From: Marmoricola sp.
GTDB lineage: Bacteria > Actinomycetota > Actinomycetes > Propionibacteriales > Nocardioidaceae
Assembly: GCA_025964775.1 (NCBI GenBank)
Contig: JAOPYE010000024.1
Location: 29,125 to 93,124, forward strand
Reading direction: 5' to 3'
Length of the DNA stretch: 64,000 bases
Numbering within the stretch: the stretch's first letter is position 1; every line of letters begins with the position of its first letter. Positions 8,826 to 16,089 of the stretch are shown here, one piece after another. The translations under genes were made by a program, and so were the position numbers. The notes beneath the pieces were generated by a model. That model saw nothing but the letters and a program-made list of their open reading frames with translations, ran no database searches and was not told the origin of the DNA.

Positions 8826-9556
8826 GAAGCCCTCTTCTCGAGACGGTGGACCAGGAAGCTGGCGACGTCGACCGGGGTCGTTCCGCGGGCGAAGACCCGG
8901 TCGACCCCGAGTTCGGCGGCCATCGACTCGTCGAAGCGCGGCCCGCCGACGATCAGCACCGGCCGCCGTGCCGGCGGGAACGCCTCGCGGAACGCGGCCG
9001 ACATCTCCCGGGTGTTGAGCAGGTGCGCGTCGCGCTGGGTGACGACCTGACTGACCAGGACGGCATCGGCCTTCTCCTCGATGGCGTGGGCCACCAGGTC
9101 GGGGACGGAGACCTGAGCACCGAGGTTCACGACCTTCAGCTCCCGGTAGTACTCCAGCCCCTTCTCCCCCGCGAAGCCCTTGATGTTCAGGATGGCGTCG
9201 ATCCCGACCGTGTGGGCGTCGGTGCCGATGCACGCACCCACCACGACCAGGCGGCGCCGCAGCGTCGACTTGACCCGGGCGTTGACCTCCTTGGCGGTCA
9301 GGAGCGGGTAGTCGCGCTCGACGACCTCGACCACACTGGGATCGACCAGGTGCCGGACCGGACCGTAGACCACGAAGAACGTGAAGTCCGGCCCCATGGG
9401 CTTCGCATGGACCACCAGCGCCGGCTGGATCCCCATCTTCTCGGCCAGCTGGGCTGCGGCGCCCTCCGCGACCTTGGAGTGGGCCATCGGCAGGGTGAAG
9501 GACACCTGGACCATGCCGTCACCGGTGGTGTCGCCGTACGGGCGGAGCAGGCTCAT
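8822..9556 (-). CDS. kamE: lysine 5,6-aminomutase beta subunit (B12-binding)
   Basis: RPYGDTTGDGMVQVSFTLP, FTFFVVYG, the B12 motif GTDAHTVGIDAILNIKG and LVSQVVTQ align closely by eye with Clostridium sticklandii KamE. Confidence 0.85.
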   Translation of the reverse strand: MSLLRPYGDTTGDGMVQVSFTLPMAHSKVAEGAAAQLAEKMGIQPALVVHAKPMGPDFTFFVVYGPVRHLVDPSVVEVVERDYPLLTAKEVNARVKSTLRRRLVVVGACIGTDAHTVGIDAILNIKGFAGEKGLEYYRELKVVNLGAQVSVPDLVAHAIEEKADAVLVSQVVTQRDAHLLNTREMSAAFREAFPPARRPVLIVGGPRFDESMAAELGVDRVFARGTTPVDVASFLVHRLEKRAS

Positions 9557-11133
9557 GAGGTCCCCTCCAGGAGGTCGGTCGCGGGGTTCACGTACCCCGG
9601 TGCCTTCCGGAACACCCCGTCCAGGCCGCGGCCCCCGTCGGGAGGGCGCCGCATCAGGCCGAAGGTGCCGTCGGCGATCGCGTCCAGGAGACCCGCCCCG
9701 GAAGTCGACGGAGCGTGCTCAGAGATCCGCTCGAGCAGGTCGATCGACTCTCCCAGCACGTGTTGGGCCCGGGCCGGGATGAAGCTGCCCGGCAGCGGCC
9801 GGAAATCGGACTGCAGGTCGCCGGCCGCCTGGAGCACGTAGCGGACGTTCTGCAGTGCCAGGTCGCGGTCCGAGAGCCACGGCGTGACCACGGCCTCGGT
9901 CATCATCCCGACGAGCAGGATGCCCTGGCCGGTCAGTGCACCGACGAGGTTGAAGAACCCGTCCAGCAGGTAGCCCCGGAAGACGTCACCGGTCATGTGC
10001 TTGGTCGGCGGCATCCACTTGAGCGGCGCCTTCGGGAACAGCTCGCGCGCCAGCAGCGCGTGGGCGAGCTCGAGCCGTAGCGAGGACGGCACGTCCGGGT
10101 CGATCTCGAAGGCATGGCCGAGTCCGAGCTGCCAGTCCGCCAGACCGGCCTCCTTGGCGAAGAACTCGTTGAGGAGCTGGCTGGTGGTCACGGTGTGCGC
10201 TGCCTCGACCGCGTCCGCGGTCGTCAGGTAGTTGTCCTCGCCGGTGTTGATGACGATCCCGGCGCGGGCGTGGACCTGACGGCTGAACCGCTGGTCGACG
10301 AAGGTGCGGATCGGGTTGATGTCGCGGAAGAGGATCCCGTACATCGAGTCGTTCAGCATCATGTCGAGTCGTTCCAGGCCGGCCAGCGCGGCGATCTCGG
10401 GCATGCAGAGGCCGGAGGCGTAGTTCGTCAGCCGGACGTAGCGGCCCAGCTCCCGGCTCGTCTCGTCCAGCGCCGCCCTCATCAACCGGAAGTTCTCCTG
10501 GGTCGCGTAGGTGCCCGCGAAGCCTTCCCGGGTGGCGCCTTCGGGCACGTAGTCGAGCAACGACTGCCCGGTCGACCGGATCACGGCGATCACGTCGGCA
10601 CCGGCACGCGCCGCTGCCTGGGCCTGCGGGATGTCCTCGTGGATGTCCCCGGTGGCCACGATCAGGTAGATCCACGGCTGGCTCGGGGCGTCGCCGATCG
10701 TGCGGATCAACCGCTCGCGGGTCTTCCGCTGCGCGTCGATCCGGCGGATCCCCGCGCCCACCTGCCGGCGCGCGGCGGCCTGGGCGCGGGTCGCGTCACG
10801 CCCGTCGGGCAACCGGAACCGGACGGACCCGGCGGCGGCTTTCTGCGCCAGTACCAGCAGGTCCTCGGCCTCCCCGCGAACCAGCGCATCCCAGACGGGC
10901 AGGGCCAGCCCGTGCTCGAGCCCGGCGTCGGCCCGCACCGCATCGGCGAGTCGGTTGACCCACGGGGTGCCGTCGGGGTCGGCTCCGGAGAGTCCCGCCA
11001 GGCGCAGTGTCGCCCGTTCGACCGAGACGGTGGTGTGCTGGCGGGCCAGCTTGACGATCGGCCGGCCGACCTGCCGCGCCAGCGCCCGGGCACGTCGTAC
11101 GAGGACCGGGTCGAGATCCAGCTTCCCGGTCAT
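9553..11133 (-). CDS. kamD: lysine 5,6-aminomutase alpha subunit
   Basis: HTTVSVERA, YLIVATGDIHEDI, GADVIAVIRSTGQSLLDYVP, GTYATQENFRLMR, NYASGLCMPEIA, INTGEDNYLTTADA and GGRGLDGV match KamD. The ATG at 11133 overlaps the kdd stop (ATGA); the track ORF to 11367 is a 5' extension. Confidence 0.85.
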   Translation of the reverse strand: MTGKLDLDPVLVRRARALARQVGRPIVKLARQHTTVSVERATLRLAGLSGADPDGTPWVNRLADAVRADAGLEHGLALPVWDALVRGEAEDLLVLAQKAAAGSVRFRLPDGRDATRAQAAARRQVGAGIRRIDAQRKTRERLIRTIGDAPSQPWIYLIVATGDIHEDIPQAQAAARAGADVIAVIRSTGQSLLDYVPEGATREGFAGTYATQENFRLMRAALDETSRELGRYVRLTNYASGLCMPEIAALAGLERLDMMLNDSMYGILFRDINPIRTFVDQRFSRQVHARAGIVINTGEDNYLTTADAVEAAHTVTTSQLLNEFFAKEAGLADWQLGLGHAFEIDPDVPSSLRLELAHALLARELFPKAPLKWMPPTKHMTGDVFRGYLLDGFFNLVGALTGQGILLVGMMTEAVVTPWLSDRDLALQNVRYVLQAAGDLQSDFRPLPGSFIPARAQHVLGESIDLLERISEHAPSTSGAGLLDAIADGTFGLMRRPPDGGRGLDGVFRKAPGYVNPATDLLEGTS

Positions 11134-12182
11134 CGCCGCTGTCCGAAGAGGTCGCGTACGCCGGGGGTCGCCCGGTACAGGTCGAGCGCGAGGTCTGCGT
11201 GTCCGGGGACGTAGCCGTTGCCGACGAGCATCGTGACGTCTGCCGCCAGGCCCTCCGCCCCCAGGGCTGCTGCGGAGAACGAGGTCGCCATCGAGAAGAA
11301 GATGATCGTGCCTCCGGTGCCGGTCGCCAGGACGGCCCCACCCTCGCAGCCGGGCACGTCGACACACACCACGGTGACATCAGCCGGCCCACCGGCCTTC
11401 CCGACGGCGTCACGGAGCCCCCTCGGATCACGGGCGTCGGCGAGGACCACCTCGTCGGCGAGACCGGAGTCATGCAGGGACCGGGCCTCGTGCTCGTTCG
11501 GCACGACGCCGATCAGGTGAGTGGCCCCGGCGCGTCGTGCTGCGGCCAGACTCAGCGATCCACTTTTCCCGGCTGCTCCGATGACGGCTACCACCACGTC
11601 GTCAGCCGCGGCGGCGTACCCACCGACCACACGGGCCGTCAGCGCCGGCGCCCCGCACACGTCCATCACGGCCAGAGCTTCGGCGTCGTCGAGATCCGGG
11701 GGCAGGACCGCGGCGATCGAACGGCCGAACAAGATCGCGTGACCGGCTGCCGGAACCTGCTCGGACATCCCGTCCCAGCGTTCGAGGCCGTCGGAGATCG
11801 CCAGGGGCGTGAGCGTCAGCGAGACCAGGGTCGCCACCCGGTCGCCGACGTGCAGTCCGAGCGGCGAGGCAGGACCCACCTCCTCGACCGTTCCGATCAG
11901 CATGCCGCCCGAACCGGTGACCGGGTTCTGCATCTTGCCGCGCTCAGCGACGATGTCGAGGACCTCGGAGCGCACGGCTTGCCCGTTGCCGGCGTGCTTC
12001 TCGGACAGCTGACGGAACGAGGCCGCGTCGAGGTTGAGCCGTTCGATCCCGACCCGGACCTCGTCGGCCCAGAGCTCGGGACGGGCATCGAGCCTCGATG
12101 CCGACTGGGGCAGCGCGCCTGCCGGTTCGAGGACACGGTGGCTGCCCACCGGATCTCCTTCGGCCAACAGGTCGTTCATCAC
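11130..12182 (-). CDS. kdd: probable L-erythro-3,5-diaminohexanoate dehydrogenase
   Basis: HRVLEPAGALPQ...ERGKMQNPVTGSGGMLIGTVEEVG is a string I recognise from Kdd proteins. Operon position directly upstream of kamD. Confidence 0.7.
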   Translation of the reverse strand: MMNDLLAEGDPVGSHRVLEPAGALPQSASRLDARPELWADEVRVGIERLNLDAASFRQLSEKHAGNGQAVRSEVLDIVAERGKMQNPVTGSGGMLIGTVEEVGPASPLGLHVGDRVATLVSLTLTPLAISDGLERWDGMSEQVPAAGHAILFGRSIAAVLPPDLDDAEALAVMDVCGAPALTARVVGGYAAAADDVVVAVIGAAGKSGSLSLAAARRAGATHLIGVVPNEHEARSLHDSGLADEVVLADARDPRGLRDAVGKAGGPADVTVVCVDVPGCEGGAVLATGTGGTIIFFSMATSFSAAALGAEGLAADVTMLVGNGYVPGHADLALDLYRATPGVRDLFGQRR

Positions 12183-12336
12183 GCATCATCCTTCATAATT
12201 GGTCAATCACGAGATAATTTCCCGTGTCGAGGTGGCAATGCCGGATCTTCTCTCCTACTCTGACACCTGAGACCGGCGTCACACAACCGACGCGCTGGTA
12301 CGACACATGCCGCGCAATCCGCGGCCAGGAGGAGCA
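12183..12336. promoter_or_regulatory. divergent kdd / kamA control region with an AT-rich core
   Basis: ttcataattggtcaatcacgagataatttcc is conspicuously AT-rich for this genome and contains ATTG-N2-CAAT. AGGAGGAG precedes the kamA ATG. Confidence 0.4.
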
Positions 12337-13716
12337 ATGAGCGTCGAAACGATCGCACCGGACGTCGCGGGTCAGCCGTACCGCTACGCGCGGGTCCAGC
12401 TGGTCGAGCCCGACTGGACGCGGTTCCCCGGCTGGCGGGACGTCACGGCGGCCGACTGGGCGAGCGCCCAGTGGCAGCGCGCGCACTGCGTCAAGAACCC
12501 GCACCAGCTGCGGGAGGTCCTCGGTGACCTGGTCGCCGAGTCGTTCTACGTCGACCTTGCACGCGACCACGCCGAGCGCGCCACGATGTCGATGCTGCTC
12601 CCCCCGCAGATGCTCAACACGATGGCGTCCGGGGCCCGTCCGCACGGCCCCGGATCGCTGACCGAGGCGTTCCTGGGCGACCCGGTACGCCGCTACATGC
12701 TCCCGGTGTTCTCGGACCGGCGTACGGACTGGCCCTCGCACCCGCACTCGTCGCGCGACTCGCTCCACGAGCACGACATGTGGGCAGCCGAGGGGCTGAC
12801 CCATCGCTACCCGACCAAGGTCCTGGCCGAGCTGCTGCCGACCTGTCCCCAGTACTGCGGGCACTGCACCAGGATGGACCTCGTCGGCAACTCCACCCCG
12901 CAGGTCGACAAGCTGAAGTTCACCGTGAAGCCGACCGACCGGCTCGAGGCGATGCTGACCTACCTCCGCACGACGCCCCAGGTACGCGACGTGGTCGTCT
13001 CGGGCGGTGACGTGGCGAACATGCCGATCGCCCGGCTCGAGGACTTCCTGACCCGGCTGCTCGAGATCGAGAACATCCGTGACATCCGGCTGGCGACCAA
13101 GGCACTGATGGGCATGCCGCAGCACTGGCTCCAGGACGACGTCCGTGCCGGCATCGAACGGGTCGCCACGACGGCGCGGTCCCGCGGTGTGTCGCTCGCG
13201 ATCCACACCCACGTCAACCACGCGAACTCGGTCACGCCGCTGGTGGCGGACGCAGCCAGGGCAATGATGGACGCCGGCGTCCGTGATGTCCGCAACCAGG
13301 GCGTCCTGCTGGACGGGGTGAACGCCGATCCGCACGTACTCCTCGACCTGAGCTTCGCGCTACTCGACGGGGCCCAGATCATGCCGTACTACCTCTACAT
13401 GTGCGACATGATCCCCAACGCGGAGCACTGGCGGGTCTCGGTGGCCCGTGCCCAGCAGCTCCAGCACGAGATCATGGGGTACCTCCCCGGTTTCGCCACC
13501 CCGCGGATCGTGTGCGACGTACCGTTCGTCGGCAAGCGATGGGTCCACCAGCTGGCCCAGTACGACACCGAGCGAGGCATCTCGTACTGGACCAAGAACT
13601 ACCGCACGTCCATCGAGGCAGCCGACAACGAGGCGCTGACCCGGCTCTACGAGTACTACGACCCGATCCACTCCCTGCCGCGCTCCGGGCAGGACTGGTG
13701 GCGGCAGCACGCCTGA
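12337..13716 (+). CDS. kamA: lysine 2,3-aminomutase (KamA family radical SAM)
   Basis: Radical-SAM cluster CPQYCGHCTRMD, plus VVVSGGDV, MPYYLYMCD and GYLPGFATP. ATG at 12337 follows AGGAGGAG; the ORF track start at 12307 is a short extension. Confidence 0.85.
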   Translation: MSVETIAPDVAGQPYRYARVQLVEPDWTRFPGWRDVTAADWASAQWQRAHCVKNPHQLREVLGDLVAESFYVDLARDHAERATMSMLLPPQMLNTMASGARPHGPGSLTEAFLGDPVRRYMLPVFSDRRTDWPSHPHSSRDSLHEHDMWAAEGLTHRYPTKVLAELLPTCPQYCGHCTRMDLVGNSTPQVDKLKFTVKPTDRLEAMLTYLRTTPQVRDVVVSGGDVANMPIARLEDFLTRLLEIENIRDIRLATKALMGMPQHWLQDDVRAGIERVATTARSRGVSLAIHTHVNHANSVTPLVADAARAMMDAGVRDVRNQGVLLDGVNADPHVLLDLSFALLDGAQIMPYYLYMCDMIPNAEHWRVSVARAQQLQHEIMGYLPGFATPRIVCDVPFVGKRWVHQLAQYDTERGISYWTKNYRTSIEAADNEALTRLYEYYDPIHSLPRSGQDWWRQHA

Positions 13717-13756
13717 TCGACGGGGCGCTCACAGGAATCCGGGTTAGCGTCGAGGC

Positions 13757-14617
13757 GTGGAACTGGACCGTCGAACCCTGATGGCGGCAGGCCTCGGCGT
13801 GCTGCTCAGCGGTTGCGCGACCAGCCGGGCCGCCGCCGGCGCGCCCTCGGTCTACCGGGCCGCGGCGCCGAGTGCCGCGCTCGCGACGACTCCAGCGGTC
13901 CTGCCGTCCCCCGCGCTCTGGCATCCGTCCAGCGGAGACTTCGACCCGCGGTGCAAGCTGGCCGCCGTCCGTTGGATCGAGCGCGCCGGGACCGGCCCGA
14001 ACCGTCGCGTCTCAGTCATCGACGCCCAGTACGGCGGACTGCTGACCAGCTCGGCGAGCGTCCTGGTGGTGACACGGTCCTGGACCCTGGCCAACGGCGT
14101 CGTCACACCGTCGGGGCGGACCTACGACGTCCGGCTCTCACGCCGGAGCTCAGGGTGGCACGTCGACGCCGTGCACCCCTCGCGACCAGGACCGCCCGCA
14201 CCGCTCAGCTCCGTGGCCCGGCGGGTGCTGAGCGATGACCGGATCGTGCTGCCGCCCGCGGCGCGCCGAGACGTGCGCTCCGGCCTCGTGCACCACACGA
14301 CGCTGGCGGCGCTCCTGACCCTGGCCCGCGACTTCAGGATCGGAGTGAGCGTCATCCGCTCCGGCCACCCGTTGTACGTCTTCGGCACGAACAGGCTCAG
14401 CGACCACCCTCGTGGTCGCGCCTTCGACACCTGGCAGATCAACGGGAGGTCCGTCGTCGATCCGCGCACCTCCAGGCACCTGGTCACCGAGTACATGCAC
14501 GCCGCGGCGAGCGCCGGCTCGTACAACGTCGGCGGGCCCTACCTGCTCGGATCAGCACCGCAGTGGTTCAGCGACCGCACCCACCACGACCACGTGCACG
14601 CGGGCTTCCTGACCTAG
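13757..14617 (+). CDS. secreted lipoprotein with a C-terminal LAS-type (VanY/M15-like) zinc peptidase motif set
   Basis: Tat-like RR plus lipobox (RRTLMAAGLGVLLSGC). C-terminal SDHPRGRAFD (HxxGxAxD) and HHDHVH (HxH). Confidence 0.55.
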   Translation: MELDRRTLMAAGLGVLLSGCATSRAAAGAPSVYRAAAPSAALATTPAVLPSPALWHPSSGDFDPRCKLAAVRWIERAGTGPNRRVSVIDAQYGGLLTSSASVLVVTRSWTLANGVVTPSGRTYDVRLSRRSSGWHVDAVHPSRPGPPAPLSSVARRVLSDDRIVLPPAARRDVRSGLVHHTTLAALLTLARDFRIGVSVIRSGHPLYVFGTNRLSDHPRGRAFDTWQINGRSVVDPRTSRHLVTEYMHAAASAGSYNVGGPYLLGSAPQWFSDRTHHDHVHAGFLT

Positions 14618-15555
14618 GTCGCAGCGACGTCCGTCAGGACGTTGACCAGTCGCGCGATCGGGCTCTCCAGGGCCCAGCGCCCCGCGAGCTCGGTCAGCGC
14701 GCCAGGATCGTGCGGCGTCGCGGGCAGCGCCAGGTCGGGCGCACCCAGATCGATGGTCCGCGCCACCGCGACGACCTCAGGGGCGACGTCCAGGTACGGC
14801 CCAGCATCGAGGATCTTGCGTCGCGGTCCGGGCGCCAGCTCAGCGTCTGGATCGAGCGCGGCGGCCCGGATGCCGGCGATCGTGCCGAACCGGTTCAGCA
14901 ACGTGGCCGCGGTCTTCTCCCCCACGCCGGCGACACCCGGAAGCCCGTCGGAATTGTCGCCACGCAGCGTGGCGAAGTCGGCGTACTGGCTCGCGTTGAC
15001 GTCGTACTTCTCCCGAACGACCGCCTCGGTGACCCGCTCGTGGCGTCCAACGCCACGCGCGGTGTAGAGCACCCGGACGCTGAGCCCTGTGTCGGGCGCG
15101 TCGGCGACGAGCTGGAAGAGGTCCCGGTCCCCCGTCACGATCTCGACCGGCATCCCGGCGTCGGTGGCCAGGGTGCCGATCACGTCGTCGGCCTCGTACC
15201 CGTCAGCTCCGACGATCGCGATGCCGAACGCGTTCAGGACCTCGATGATGATCGGGATCTGGACCTGGAGCGGATCAGGAACCTCCTCGATGTCCGAACC
15301 GCCGGGGACCTCGGCCTCGACCCGGTGCGCCTTGTAGCTGGGGATCAGGTCGACGCGCCACTGAGGGCGCCAGTCGTTGTCCCAGCAGCAGGCCAGGTGC
15401 GTAGGTTCGTACTCCTCCACGAGCCGGGAGATGAAGTCCAGCAGTCCGCGGACGGCGTTGACCGGTGTTCCGTCCGGCGCACGCATCGTGTCGGGCACGC
15501 CGTAGAAGGCCCGGAAGTACAGGGACGCGGTGTCCAGCAGCATCAGCGAGGTCAC
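14614..15555 (-). CDS. 5'-3' exonuclease (FEN / Pol I N-terminal-like)
   Basis: LLDTASLYFRAFYG, CCWDNDWRPQWR, YKAHR, EADDVIGTLA, IVTGDRDLFQL and GLPGVAGVGEKTA. Confidence 0.85.
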   Translation of the reverse strand: MTSLMLLDTASLYFRAFYGVPDTMRAPDGTPVNAVRGLLDFISRLVEEYEPTHLACCWDNDWRPQWRVDLIPSYKAHRVEAEVPGGSDIEEVPDPLQVQIPIIIEVLNAFGIAIVGADGYEADDVIGTLATDAGMPVEIVTGDRDLFQLVADAPDTGLSVRVLYTARGVGRHERVTEAVVREKYDVNASQYADFATLRGDNSDGLPGVAGVGEKTAATLLNRFGTIAGIRAAALDPDAELAPGPRRKILDAGPYLDVAPEVVAVARTIDLGAPDLALPATPHDPGALTELAGRWALESPIARLVNVLTDVAAT

Positions 15556-15622
15556 AGCGCAAGGCTAGGGCCTCGACGTAAAAGAAGGCGCCCAGCCTGG
15601 CCCTGGCACTAGGCTCACCTGC

Positions 15623-16060
15623 GTGGAGAAGATCGACCGACAGATCCTGCGGCTCCTGTCCGCGGATGGCCGGATGTCCTACACGGACCTGGGCAAGGCC
15701 ACCGGCCTGTCCACCAGCGCTGTGCACCAGCGGGTCAAGCGCCTCGAGGAGCGCGGCCTGATCACCGGTTACGGCGCCTCGATCGACTATGCCCAGGCTG
15801 GTCGCCCACTCACCGCGTTCGTCTCGATCACGCCGTTCGACGCCTCGGCTGCCGACGACTACCCCGACCAACTGGCCGACATGGAGGAGATCGAGAGCTG
15901 CTGGTCGGTGGCCGGCGAGGAGTCCTACATCCTCAAGGTGCGGGTCGCGACTCCTGCTGATCTGGAGGAGACGCTGAGCCGGATCAGGACGCGCGCGAAG
16001 GTCTCGACCAGGACCACGATCGTGCTCTCGACGTCGTACGAAGGTCGTCCCATCGGCTGA
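15623..16060 (+). CDS. Lrp/AsnC family transcriptional regulator
   Basis: DRQILRLLSADGRMSYTDLGKATGLSTSAVHQRVKRLEERGLI plus a C-terminal RAM domain. GTG start. Confidence 0.85.
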   Translation: MEKIDRQILRLLSADGRMSYTDLGKATGLSTSAVHQRVKRLEERGLITGYGASIDYAQAGRPLTAFVSITPFDASAADDYPDQLADMEEIESCWSVAGEESYILKVRVATPADLEETLSRIRTRAKVSTRTTIVLSTSYEGRPIG

Positions 16061-16069
16061 ATGGTCAGC

Positions 16070-16089
16070 GGCTGACTTCTCAGTCAGCC
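16070..16089. terminator. hairpin between convergent lrp-like gene and helY
   Basis: ggctgact-tctc-agtcagcc, a perfect 8-bp stem that overlaps the helY stop codon. Confidence 0.35.

Noticed and set aside
12183-12336. Lysine (L-box) riboswitch upstream of kamA, or a B12 riboswitch upstream of the kdd-kamDE operon.
   Set aside because: The spacer is only 154 bp and is shared by two divergent promoters. It is too short for an L-box, and no conserved L-box or B12-box strings were seen.
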